64,000 bases of DNA from Takakia lepidozioides (lineage: Eukaryota > Plantae > Bryophyta), in assembly GCA_030704615.1 (NCBI GenBank), contig CM060732.1, forward strand, positions 45,508,001-45,572,000, given 5' to 3'. This document shows positions 38,084 through 51,200 of this stretch, one piece after another. The translations under genes were made by a program, and so were the position numbers. Every line of letters begins with the position of its first letter. Position 1 is the first letter of the stretch. The notes under the pieces are model-generated. The model was not told the DNA's origin. It searched no databases and saw only the letters and a program-made list of their open reading frames with translations.

Positions 38084-38329
38084 TGTTACCTTATATACCC
38101 TGATTAGATATACCATTCATTTTAACATATACCCTTCAGAAGGGTATATTGGACTTCTTGATGCAGGTTAAATATAAGGGTAAGGGATGTCATAAAAATA
38201 TACCTACTATAAGGGTATACATCCAAGCGAGGGTATAGAGAGAAGACTCCGGCCGAGGCCAGCCTAACCAAGAGCCACTTCATCTTGCGGCTACTGCTCC
38301 CTTTTGGAGGTGGGCCCTATAAGCCAGGG

Positions 38330-38354
38330 TATATATATATATATATATATATAT
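38330..38354. repeat. (TA)n microsatellite
   Basis: tatatatatatatatatatatatat. Confidence 0.9.
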
Positions 38355-39671
38355 CAACATACCCTGATATACCTATCAGGTATCAGTCTAATCAATATAT
38401 GTGCCCAACGCTGTTCTAAACGCATGGATGATCTGGTGGACTAACCTCAAATCTGAAACACAGTGGTTCCCAAAGCTGGAGGCACAAAACATCACGGCGT
38501 TGTCTAGTAATCAAGGCAAGACACACACACGCTTGTCTACAAAGGCAAGCAAGCTCCGTGCCACATTTGCTAGGATCCCAACGACGCTTCGGAGTTGTGC
38601 CCATACCAGGCAGATCTGCAAGTCGGGTGTGGGAGATCATGTCAAAAGGCTAAAAAAAATCCCGAAAAGGAAACGAAGCTGAAAGTCGATAATTTGACAA
38701 ATAGACCTATTTACTTGGGTTTGTCGGTGCCATATTTAGACCGATGGTTTAAGTTGACTTCCTTTGTTGTTAGACCATTGAGGAAGTCGTAAAGACGCGG
38801 CCAAGATTTTTAGTTAGAGAGGATGGTGCCTTATGCGGAGGGATTTTCCCGCCAAGTGAGCATGGAACCTTACGCGGATTTTCTTCCTAAGGTTCCTCTC
38901 CTAGAGAGGAAGACACCTTACGTCATGTAAGGTTCCTGCTCTTGTGAGCCGTCAGATGGAGATGATCCGAGCCCTCCATGGTAAGAAAATCCTGGTTGTT
39001 TCTTTACGCACGGTGAGGCCCTCGGAAGGGGGCCTTCCTGAAACTCGGGGCTAGGCACTCGGCTACCGCCTCTGTGCCGGGCCCTCATTTCAGGAAGGCC
39101 CCCTCCTTGGGCCTCACCCTGCACGGAAAGCACTGCCAAAAAAAATTGGTTGTATTTATCATGCCGTTAAAAAGTGGAATGCACCCCATCGGCTCCATCG
39201 AGTGTTTTTTTTTTTTTTTTTCCTTCCCGAGAAAAGGGGAGAGTGTATTCCGAAATGCAGAATGCACCGGCAAAATTTTGGCATTTCTTTACGGAGGGTA
39301 ATGCCCCTCGTGTGGGGCATCCCCGGATATTCGAGCCGTCCCCTGGGGCTACTACCCTCGGCGTCAGACCCTTAAATCCGTGATTGCCCTCCACTCAGGG
39401 CATTACCCTGTACCTATTACATACATCTACACCAATGGGTGCTCACTACACATAATTTCCCGCTTCAATACATCAAATCAAAGGGGATGCTCAAAGCTCA
39501 TATCACTAGGAGGAGAGGATTCAGCCCCCTGCATGCCGCAGGGCAGGTCCACATACCTGGACGTGGGGCTGACTCGAGTTGCCCAAGTCAGATAGCAATC
39601 CACAATTGAAAAAGAACGACGACTGCAGCCTTGGCTGTTTTGTTGACCGACCAGTGGTGCCTCAATCACAT

Positions 39672-39785
39672 GCATTTTTTATTCACCCATTGGCAGCCTG
39701 GGTTGGCTATAGGTAGGTGGGACCTTCTGGCATCGAACCCATGACCGTTTGCAAGGTGAGAAGTGACAACCACTTGAAAGGGTTG
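39672..39785 (-). mobile_element. Very short tRNA-derived SINE with 8-bp TSD
   Basis: Minus-strand B box GGTTCGATGCC (39739-39729), A-box remnant TCAAGTGGT and an AATAAAAAA tail. TSD AATCACAT at 39664-39671 and 39786-39793. Confidence 0.65.
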
Positions 39786-40598
39786 AATCACATTAAGTCG
39801 TACGGTTGCAAAATAGAAATCAATTATTATGGTAAAATTTTAAAATAACCCACGGCAGCGACCTCACCGAAATGCCGTCGGCGAACAAGAACAAGTATGC
39901 AAATAAATCCTCCTCGAGAGCTACGAAAAAAATCCCACTATCGGTTAGTGTTTTTCTGTTTTACTGTTTGGCCGGCGTAATAATCCGTGACAAAGTTGGT
40001 GACAATCGGGCCCCCTGTGATATGAAGCAAGATATGCGTGTGGGAAGCATTGATGCAACGTTAAGAATTATGTAAGCAAGAATCTATGGTGAGCCAATAA
40101 GATTCTGCCTCTTATCTCAGGAACCGAAGCTCTCATATGATTGTCAGTCCGTATCGCTCTCTCACGAAAAGGGCCAAAAAAGAAAGACGGAGAGGAGGGG
40201 AGCAAGAGAGTGACCTTGCCAGCAGGTCAATAGGGGAGCAGGCGACCAACTTACACCGGCCCACGCATTTGTGGAGGCTTTCTCGCTGACCATCACGCTC
40301 TCCCCCTTTTCTCTGACCCTTTCTTTCCGCTCGCCACATTCCGCCCCCGTTTTTGACCTCCTCTCTTCTCCCTCGGCTTTTTAGAGGCGGCTCAACTTCC
40401 GGACTTGAGTCTTTGCATTGCTTTCGCAGGCTGGTCTAGCACCGCGATCTGGAAACCGAGAAGACCAAGGAGGGATCTGTTGGAAAGGGGATAAGGAGAG
40501 GTCTGATTACTGTATGTCACTGCGTCAGCACATAGAGCCAAAATACAGACATCGTATAGGAGCACAGACAGGGATCTGAGGACAACAACGCAGGAAAG

Positions 40599-43500
40599 AT
40601 GGCGGCGGGGCAGCTGTTCTCACGCACTACACAGGCCCTGTTTTACAACTACAAGCAAAGCCCGGTGCAACGGATGCTGGACTTTGATTTTCTGTGCGGT
40701 AGGTGAAGGATCAGTGTTGCTTCTGCTTTTTTCTGCTACAGCCATTGTGCTCTGTGAACAATGGCCAGACAATGAAGGACTTTTGTTACTGGTGTTGCTA
40801 TGATACGGACGCCACAATGAAGCTGTCATGACACCCTCCGTTTCGAGTATTCGTTCTTTTCTGTATTTGATGCATTCGTGTGTGTTAGACCAAAGAAAGA
40901 GATCTGCGTGTGCGAGACAGGAAAGTGCTTGAAGGTTTGATATTTATATTTTCCTACGGAGATGGTGATGCTTAGAACTCCTTGCGAAACTAATGTGGGA
41001 TCAGATAATGAAAGACAATTCCAAGCTAAAGAACATGGACGAATGTTGGCTGTGAAGTGGCATTCGAATAACTGAAATAGTAAAGTACTTGTTGGAAGGG
41101 CAGCACCTGTTTACGTTCTGTATTTTACTTTCTCCATTTCTATTCAGTTCATAAATGTATGTTTCTGTCTCTACAATGACGCTGAGGTCCACTATTAAAG
41201 TGATGACTGACGAAGTGTCGCTACGGATTGGTCTTGAAAAAGGAAACTTTTTGGCACATAGAGGAGATGCCCGATCTGTCGCACAGCGGCAGTATCGCTA
41301 AATGAATGATAGTATCTAAGAGTACAGCTGCAATGATAGTTGGATATCTTGATTTTTGAGTTCTGATTGAAAAATTTGAAGTTTTCACAGACTCTGATGA
41401 ATCTGACCACTACCCCTGGTTGCTTCAATTTCTAATGATAGCCATGCAATCAGTCTTTGAGATTAGCCAGAGCTAAGCTAGGTGATCTCCTGCAGAGTGC
41501 ATTTTACATGGGTTGCAGATTGTTGAGCCTGTGCTCAGGCTATTAGGAGAAGCAGGACAGTGGACTCCCACTCTGTTAACCAAATTACAAATCTGTGAAG
41601 ATGTGATGATTTTACTGTTGATTTTGATACTGAAACTGAGCTGATGTCAAGTTTCAGATAACGGTTACTGGAGAGTGGTTCTCATCTTGGATGCATGGTT
41701 GGAACTTGGGATGCAGGGAGGGACATTCCTTCTGTTGCGGGAGTGATCAATCCGGGATCTGAGGGCTTTCAGAAGTTGTTTTTTGGACAAGAAGAAATTG
41801 CAGTGCCAGTCCATGGCAGGTGTGCCAATTCTTCAGCTACTTGCATCTTCCTCACTTGTTTGGATTATACACTTTGAAAACGTACAAATCTGGATTAATT
41901 TGGTTACTTATTCTGCAATGAACATAACAAATAGAAGCAACATAGTAAGGGCCCAAAATCTCTCTTGTGGACAAGAGAATTGAGGTGCCTGATCCAATGC
42001 TATGTTGGACAGTTGGGAGCGATCTTAACTGTTCAAGAGCTCGAAGGATGATTGGGGCATCCATATGAGCTCATGGTTGGAAACTGGATCTGGCTTCATA
42101 AAGTTTGCTAACCTGAGTTCTTCTCTTGCTTCAAAACACAAAGGAATGAAGTTTTTTAGTCCTTCAGATGAGGTTCAATCATTGAGTATAGTACCCTTCC
42201 TAAAAGGGAAGAGCTTACTTGCATTCATCTAACTGTCCTTCGGATTTTTATGTGGCAGCATTTCTGTTGCTTGCAAGGTTCATCCCACAGCAGATGTTTT
42301 CATCAACTTTGCGTCTTTCCGCAGGTTCATTATCAGTTCCATCATGTAGAGTATAATTGTATGTGATTATAATTGTATGCTTGTGGTACGTTGCGTTACA
42401 GAACGAGAGAGAGCCTTGGCGGCCTGAGTTTTGTACCAAACTGTCCTCCCTAAAGCTGAAAGAGGACTGTAGTGGGATAGTTTATAAATGATGTGAAGAT
42501 CGCACAACTGAGCCAGTAGCCACCATCAACTCGGATAATGCAACTGACAGCCAGATTTGAGGCTAGCATCTCACTGCTGCAGGACCACAATTTAGTGCTA
42601 TGGCAATGGAGATGTTAGACAGCTGGTGTTGAGTGCCTATAACTCTTGAACTCAATGTATAGCACAAGTACTGTAGCTTCCTGAAAGAAGTAGTGTTGGT
42701 CTTAGGTGGTACATGTTAAAGCAGTCATCTAACTATGAGAGTTGTGTGTCTGTAGTGCTTTTGCATCATCCTTGGAGGCGCTCAAGCAACCAACGATACG
42801 AGTGGTTGCCATAATTGCCGAGGGAGTACCTGAGGCAGACGCCAAGAAACTCATTGCTTATGCTCGTGCCAACAACAAGGTTGGTGGCAGACCTTCCTGT
42901 CGTATTGTTCTGGGTGGACACTTCCCTATGCGTTGCCTTGTCATATCTCTATTGAAGGGCACTGAAGACTTCTACGTACCATTCAATTGTCTTCCCTTTT
43001 CCACTGAGCACCACCTATTAGGGACCTCAGCACATAAGATGGACTACAGGTCTTGATGCCTCAGAACTTGTTGGGGAGTATGAGATAGAAAGCCATGATG
43101 CCTTTTTCAAAGTGTAATCAAGTTCAGGCAGGTGCATGTATGCATATTCTTTTCAAACAATGCAACAGGCAGGTCGAGACAAGTGCTAGCTCAAATCGAG
43201 TTGTGGAAACTTGCTATTTACAAAGGGTCCCATGGCGAAGGAGACGAGGGTACAAACTACAGAGGGAGGGGGTTTGGGTCCTGTTTGTTAATGGGCAGCT
43301 TGGGTATGGCAGGTGATCATTGGGGCCGCTACGGTTGGAGGCATCCAGGCTGGTGCCTTCAAAATTGGAGACACAGCTGGCACACTTGACAACATTATTC
43401 GATGCAAGCTCTACCGCCCGGGTTCTGTTGGTTTTGTGTCTAAATCAGTAAGTTTAAATCACTTTCCCCTGGTGCGTCTAATCAAGAGTTACTTGGGATG

Positions 43501-46500
43501 GCCAATGCACATATAGCCAATGCACATATAGAAGTGACCGTTCAGGTTGCAAAGTTGGGGAAGAGTGGCTTATCAATAGGTAGTGAACTCAGTGAATTTC
43601 CCAGAACAGATTGTTGGATATGTCTAGTCCAATAAAGGTAATAAGTATTTTGGCTGTAGGCTTCCATGAAGTCAGCAACAGACGATGGGTGACAACACTG
43701 CAGGACAATGTTCTCTGTTTTAACTCTTCGTGTGATTTGGGCAGGGGGGTATGTCAAATGAAATGTACAATGTGCTTGCCCGTGTCACGGATGGGCTCTA
43801 TGAAGGCATTGCAATTGGTGGAGATGTGTACCCAGGATCTACGCTCTCAGACCATGTTTTGCGCTTTAACAACATTCCGCAGGTAGAGCAGTTCAGTCAT
43901 GTTTGCGTTGGATTCTGCAACATTCTAATCTCTATTCTCAAATTTTCCCTGGATGTAAGAGGCTAGTCTTGTCAAATAGGGAGGGCATACATCTGCCTGT
44001 CTCCCTATCCCTGCAGGAAGGGTTTTTGAGTGGTGCTCTTCTAGTGCTCAAGGGTTTGTTTCAGAGTGTATGTCTGTCCAGCTTGCGCTCATTTAAGAGA
44101 TGGTGAACAAGTATGGTTGTAGTTTTAGTTAGTCTAATCTAGTCGTGTATACAAGGCATCAATACAGCAGAGGAATATAAGCACTCTTTACTGTAGGCTG
44201 CAGCTCTATCTGAAGTCTTGTTGTTGCAATTTGGAACAGATAAAGATGATAGTAGTCCTGGGAGAGTTGGGTGGTCGGGACGAATACTCGCTTGTGGACG
44301 CATTGCAACAGGGGAAGGTTCATAAGCCAGTGGTTGCTTGGGTCAGTGGCACTTGTGCCCGCCTCTTCAAGTCTGAAGTCCAGTTTGGCCATGCCGTAAG
44401 TTCTTACCTCTTATTATACTGGTCCCTTCTCTTTTTCCTGTCTGTTAGCCACACACGATCTCCTTTATTTGTACATAGGCTTGTTTTTTTTTTTTTCAGG
44501 TAGCAGACAGTTCCATTTTGTTTGGAAATGATTGTATGCACTTTTCATGCCTTGAGACATGTATGCCTGCCATTCTTTAGACGTTTGATTTATGACTGAC
44601 TTTCAACTCAAGTTAAAAGATGTTCACTGTGTTTCAAAGATGATGCTATATGAAGCTCTGAAGAATCAATGAGGGTTGTGTGACAGGGTGCCAAGAGTGG
44701 TGGAGATTTGGAGTCAGCTCAGACTAAAAATAAGGCCTTGCAAGCTGCTGGTGCTATTGTACCTTCCTCCTTCGAGGGCTTGGAAGCCACTATCAAAAAG
44801 ACTTATGACAAGCTGGTTTGCAACTAGTCCTTCTGTTACTATCTATCTCAGTTCTCTGTTTGAAACAGATAAGCTTTTTCTTCTGTGGTGTGTACTTGAT
44901 TCATGTGTTTGTTTGGGACAGAAAGAGGAGATAGAGACGGAAAAATTAAGGAATTAATTATGACTGTAGCAGGCCCAAAGGGAGAGAGAATATGTATGAT
45001 GACATCCGTGGGAGGCCCTGAGGGACCTGGGACACGGTAGAACAACAGAACCAAAAGAATAAATGAAACTCCAAACATCGCTCGGAGATGGAGTGCCTCA
45101 TGCGCTGGTAAACACTATAGAAGAGAGAGAGAGAGAACACTTCACAAAAAAAAAAAAATCTGAAGTGTTGGATATGCTTGTAGGTTGAATCGAAGGTCAT
45201 AATTCCAGTGAAGGACACCATCCCACCCACTGTCCCAGAGGATCTCAACATGGCCATCAAGAGTGGGAAAGTCCGGGCACCAACACACATTGTCTCAACC
45301 ATTTGTGATGATAGAGGTATCTTAAGTCAACCATGGTTATACCAGAGGCTGTTTGGGTTCGATGTGGTGGGCTGTATGGTGTCTGGATAGGCAAGTACAA
45401 GTCCTTTCAGTGTTGGTCTCAATGTACTTTGTTACTAATAAAATTTTCTGGAGCTGGCCACTAGTGAAAATTGAACTCTAGTTTGTCTGTAAGCTTATCA
45501 TGGATGTCGCATTTTAAAGCGTATTAATTCACGCCAGTTATAATAGCAATTGAAAGTGACATCGTGCAGGAGAGGAGCCCACTTATGCAGGGGTGCCTAT
45601 GTCGACAATCATTGAGAAGGACTATGGCATTGGTGATGTCATCTCCCTCTTGTGGTTCAAGCACAGTCTACCCCGCTATTGTACTAAATTCATCGAGGTT
45701 ACCTACTGCCCTTGTACTCAACATAGCAGCGCATGAAGATGTTTTTTGTGGCCTTCACATTCCTTTAAACCCCCCTTCCTATGTGAGTGGACCTGTGTGG
45801 AGCAGACACATTAAAGAATTTCTACCAAGGTATGCAGGAAAGCCAGAAGGTTTGGCAGGCATACCCCCAACAAACCGTGATGACATGAATATACACTGAC
45901 AGCATATTCTGGCTGGTGGGAGCACAGATGTGCATTATGTTGTGTGCAGACCATGGGCCATGTGTGTCAGGTGCACATAACACCATTGTCACTGCCCGTG
46001 CAGGGAAAGATCTGGTCTCCAGTCTAGTGTCTGGTGAGTATTTTGTCTCCTCATTGCATCAAGTCATGCTTTAGGATCATAAAAGAATTGTTTAAAATTT
46101 GAATGCACGATATGTGGAGTGGGGCATTGGCATATCTTGTCAGCTACAGATACTCAAAGAGCTGGCTTTTTTTGGCATCTCTTGTGATCTGCATCAAATG
46201 AGTCACAAAAATTGAACCAAGCATTCTGTGCTGTGGGAGCAGGTCTACTCACAATAGGACCACGATTTGGTGGGGCTATTGATGACGCTGCTCGGTACTT
46301 CAAGGATGCTCATGACAGAGGCCTTTCACCCTATGATTTTGTGGAAAGCATGAAGAAGAAGGGCATTCGGGTACCCGGCATCGGTCATCGGTAATGACTT
46401 CCGACATTGTCATGCCTGAATATCTTGCCCGCTTTAGAGGTGAAGAAGGATGTATTATCAGCCAGAGTGTGGTGTTAGATATTTACATGCAATTGCTTTA

Positions 46501-47261
46501 TGGTGCTTCTTGTCGAGCAGGGTTGCAATGAAGCATGGTACTATTGACAACATTTGGTTAAGTAATATGGGCAGATTTTGAGTCTTCTGCTGAAAATGTA
46601 CTGTAGAGGATACCTCTAAACCCATTGCCAGTGTAGGAGAGAGCGCACAAGAGGGAGGCAGACCATGCATTATAAGAAAGGCACAGCTCACAGACGAGGT
46701 GTGGCTGATATGTGTGAGCAGGATCAAAAGTCGTGACAACCGTGATAAGAGAGTGGAGCTGCTGCAAAAGTATGCTCGCCAGCACTTCCCTGCAGTCAAA
46801 TATATGGAGTATGCAGTGACAGTGGAGACTTATACCCTCACCAAAGCCAGTAACCTGGTCATGAATGTTGATGGTTGTATTGGGTCACTCTTCTTGGATC
46901 TGCTTTCAAGCTGCGCTATGTTTACTCAGCAAGAAATCGATGAGATCGTGGATATTGGGTATTTGAATGGGCTTTTTGTGCTTGCACGGAGTATTGGGTT
47001 GATCGGGTAAGGGTTTCTCTCTCCCTCTCTTTTCCTCTGCTGCAGGCTTTCTGAACACATTTTTCTCTGTTGTGCCTCACATTCATCAGAGACAACTTCA
47101 ATCGCTGTGCTCCGAATGTTACTAGGGGGTTTTTGTTGTCATCATAACATTCCCTGATGTGGGTATTTCTGTCATGCAGGCACACTTTTGATCAGAAGCG
47201 TCTGAAACAGCCTCTATATCGTCATCCCTGGGAAGATGTCCTGTACACGAAGTACACATGA
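40599..47261 (+). CDS. ACLB: ATP-citrate lyase beta chain, ~610 aa. Exons: 40599-40698, 41717-41819, 42259-42324, 42756-42879, 43313-43447, 43745-43882, 44240-44395, 44687-44815, 45184-45316, 45570-45697, 45928-46033, 46243-46390, 46722-47006, 47180-47261
   Basis: [47 protein letters not shown], catalytic [29 protein letters not shown] and [12 protein letters not shown]. All introns are GT-AG and phase-consistent. Confidence 0.97.
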
Positions 47262-48234
47262 ATGAAACCAAAACCATGTTCACTGGAATTTTTTTACTGG
47301 CAATATAGCTTTGGAGCAATCGGCCACTGTGATTGAATTTACAGTGATTCCTCATCGACAAATTACAAGACGGGTTCATATTCTTGAGAATTGCCAGTGT
47401 CTTAGCAACAACCAGATGCTTCTGAAGCATTTGTTGGACCCACGAGGTATTCTTTGGTAGGGCCCGGAAGGACAATCCCTGCTTGCATAACCCTCCCCAG
47501 GTTAGAGAAGGGATAGGAATTTTGTGTGACTTTCTACGATTATTTATCCACGGGTCCGCCCATTTTAGTTCTTCCCCTAAATGAGCAGTGCTGTATACTA
47601 TTTAACTAGTTATTTACTCATCACTGTTCACTAACAATAGATACAATGTCTTTTTCAACACAGGAACATGCAAAACTATTCATCCCGCTAATTTACATTG
47701 ACTGTCGCTCATTAGCTTCCACAGGGCCCCTGTTTGTAGTGACACGTGACACACAACTGTTCTTGTATGACTATGCTCAATTGTACCATACAACACGATC
47801 CCCATCTAATGGTAATACAATAGCCTTAAGATATTGAACACCACTAGTTGCAGAACAACCCATCATTTCTAAATCCTATTTCTATTGACGCTCCAATTAG
47901 CAATAGTCACACTTGATTACATTCACATATATGTTGTCAAGGCTTTTATGTCATCAAACATCTCCTGACATGAAGCTAAGCATACCTTGTTAATATATTA
48001 CACTTACATCTGTTGCTGTCTGAGCAGGCACCTTCTGTTTGACCCTGAGATAACATGTTTACATAAACCTATGTTACAGTCCCCAACCTGTAAACCAAAA
48101 TTCTGGAGCAACACAGCCTCTCCCACCTCCTCAAATCCCTGAAGAAAAGTTGGTGATAAACACAAGAAGATGCAGGGCTGAGTGATGGCCATGGCCGACA
48201 TACCCCAGCAGAGGATGGTGGAGGAGGGATGTCT

Positions 48235-51200
48235 TTAGTTCACAGAGGGAAGGGGATTCTCCTTCAACCATTTAGGAGAATACTGCACATTGATCTTGTC
48301 AATTCGTGCGGCTAAAGTGAAGTCAAGGAGGGAGAGGCCTTGCAACGTATGAGTGGAGAGCACCACCCTTACAGTTCGGTAGTCTGTCAAATGCAGGTCC
48401 TGCCCAACATCATAAATAGATAATCATATGCAAGGAACAAGCCAGAATAAGCAAAAGGTCAGAGAATTTGATACATATATATATTCTGAGAACCACACAG
48501 AAATTGTCTGAGCCAAGAAACGCACTGGATGATGACCTTCCTCCTCTGCCAGTTGTGCCACAGCATTGAAAAACTTCAACCCTGTCCAGGATTGATCAAG
48601 TCCCTCATCAGCATAAAATACATACAATGTAGAAATATTCTCGAAGCACATGGGTTTCTCTCTCACATGTGTTATAGCTCTCATGGTTAATGAGCAACAT
48701 CAGTGAATTGATGGAAAGATTGGCACAAAAAAGAGGGGGTAAAAGAGGTGGAAGGAGGGGCAGAGAGAGAGAAATGGACATGTGAAGGGATGGGGCCAAA
48801 CGTTTACTGATTTCAGAAAAACCTCCAGGCATCTGGGACTTGATTCATCTACCATGTTTAACTAGATCATGTATGATTATCTAATCTTGACCAAACCACA
48901 CTCGGGTACAACCTCATGATGTGGGTCTAAGAATTTTCACAAAAAATCATATAGAACTCGTATTGTCCCTTCTCACTTCTCATATCAGATGAGCTCTACA
49001 ACATTTAACCATGTGAATTATGGTATGAGGATGCAAGTTAGTTCAGTAAAAGACCTAGCTGCAATAGATGAGCTTCACACCGCCATAGGCATACAAGGTA
49101 CAATGCCACTTGACCTTCATATGGCACAATTGCCAAGTCCAGTCAAATGAATCATGCCTTCAATATGTTCTCACATTGAAAGATTGTACTCATAAGACGT
49201 TGTTTGCCGTAGCCTTGTGGCCATTGACCCCGCGCCCAGTTTGAGCGGGAACAAAAGGGACAGAACCTACCTCTGTCAGGGGCTGACATTGGTAGTAAGA
49301 CTTACCTCCATATAAAGAATTAATCCGGGTTTTCCAGATATCCTCTAGAAATCCCTTCACACAAGCATCAATCTGCTGTGTGTGATTTGCCCAAAAGCTA
49401 GGCCTCAGGAGGGCCTGGGCTTTTGGCTCAGCCTCGAGACTTTCAAAGTTGGTAAACGGGGTACAGGCACAATTCCCTTAATAGATTTGAAGAGAGCGTC
49501 TCTTTGGTGAGAGAACCCCGGACAGTGTATCAGAAAATGAATACTGTCTTCAGATTGCCCACACAACGGGCAATTGCACTCTCCCTTTCCTCTCTGCTTC
49601 TGTTTGCTGTTCAAAGGTAGGCTTCCTGCCCTGAGTTTAAATTTCAGTCTAGTGCCGAGAGTGGGTAGACCCTTGAGGTCATCCAAGATGTTCTCCCCCA
49701 TGTCACAGACTGGAAACAAGTTCAGGGAAGTTTTCTGCCTAACTTCTCTCCACATCTTTCCCTTGATCCCACAAGACCAGAGGCGGAACCATAGGCCATC
49801 TCTCCACACTGTGTCATAAGCCTTTTTGACATCCAGGAAAAAGACATAAGTGGGTTTCCCTTCTTTTTTCCTTCCCTGGATAATCTGGCTTAGAGTGAAG
49901 ATATGATCCACACAGCCCCTGTTTCGCCGAAAGCCAGCTTGGCCTTCGTGGAAACAACCACTAGACTCCAGATCAACCTCGAGACGAGTACTTATAACTC
50001 TGCAGAATGTCTTGCCAACAGCATTGAGGCCCCGGTTCTTCTCTGTCACCCTTCTTGTATAGATTGACAATGACCCCCTGTCGCCAGCGAAAGGGGATCA
50101 TTTCAGTCTTCCAGATAAGGTTAAAGAGGAGAACTAGGGCCTCTATCATGGGATCGCCACCATGCTTGATAAGCTCGTTGACAATACCATCAGGTCCACC
50201 AGCTTTATATCCATTTAAATGTTCAATTGCTTCCACAATCTCAGAAGAACTAATGGGAGCATTATAAGCCATATACTCTCACATTGAAAGAGACAGCACA
50301 GATCAAGGCCAGTGCACTAACCTTCCCCAAAGTTCTTGGCAACGAATGTCCTAGATATGGATTTTCTGTCGCCCAAAAGCTCCCAGAGAGGTACCGCTTT
50401 CAAATGCTGTTCCAATTCCTCATCTGGTACCTGCCAATGTCATAATCATTAAAGGTTACCACACATTGAACTTTGTTTACTCATGGAGCATATGTTTTCT
50501 TTTTGTTAAACCTGATACGGTTAGTCAATACCTGGAGTCTGAAACATTTAGGGGAAATTCGAAACCTACTAAATAGCATGCGATATTTCTTTCTACTTAG
50601 GTCGTAATGCTAGCAAACTCAAGGGAAGCATTGTCAACAACGATGATGATAATCGTCGCCTTTAATCTGCCGCGTTTGATAGTTATTTAATGAATGCTCA
50701 AAGAAATCTTCACACTTCTAACTGATTATCATATTTTCCATAAGGGCAGCGGAGGCTGCCTTCTCTTCTCGGTTTTACTCAGAGTCACTATAAGACAACA
50801 GTGCAGCAGTATCATGACCAGACATGCAGAGAACACCTGAAGTGAGGATGAACGTGAGGAAGACGGAGATTGTTTTCGCCAGTGCCATTCGAAACTACTA
50901 TCGCGGACTCTAGGAAGTAATGTTCATCTCAGAAAATTTGAAGAATAGGAAATGGAAGAAGCTATGGAAAAGGGAAAAAACAGGATGACCGGAGAACATA
51001 CATGCATCAGCCATAAATGTGCAACCATCTCCTATATTATCAGAGCTAGAGAGCCTAAAAACTGAAGCGGAGGGTGCTCTAACTTAAGAAAATGACACGA
51101 CGGCGAGAGAAACGGAGGACCGGGAGAAAGACTTGAATAACGACTGCCGAGCTCTCGCCGAGTCATAAATTCAACACAAACTTACAAGTCTCAAAGAAAT

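Larger units (their letters stand above)
33923..38413. mobile_element. Putative old hAT-like non-autonomous element enclosing nested insertions
   Basis: Left end CAGTGTTGGGCGGGTATATAGATT versus reverse-complemented right end CAGCGTTGGGCACATATATTGATT. TACCC/GGGTA subterminal motifs occur at both ends. No TSD is retained. Confidence 0.45.

Noticed and set aside
45317-45569. U12-type intron in ACLB (donor GTATCTT)
   Set aside because: The donor deviates from GTATCCTT and there is no TCCTTAAC-type branch site near the acceptor.
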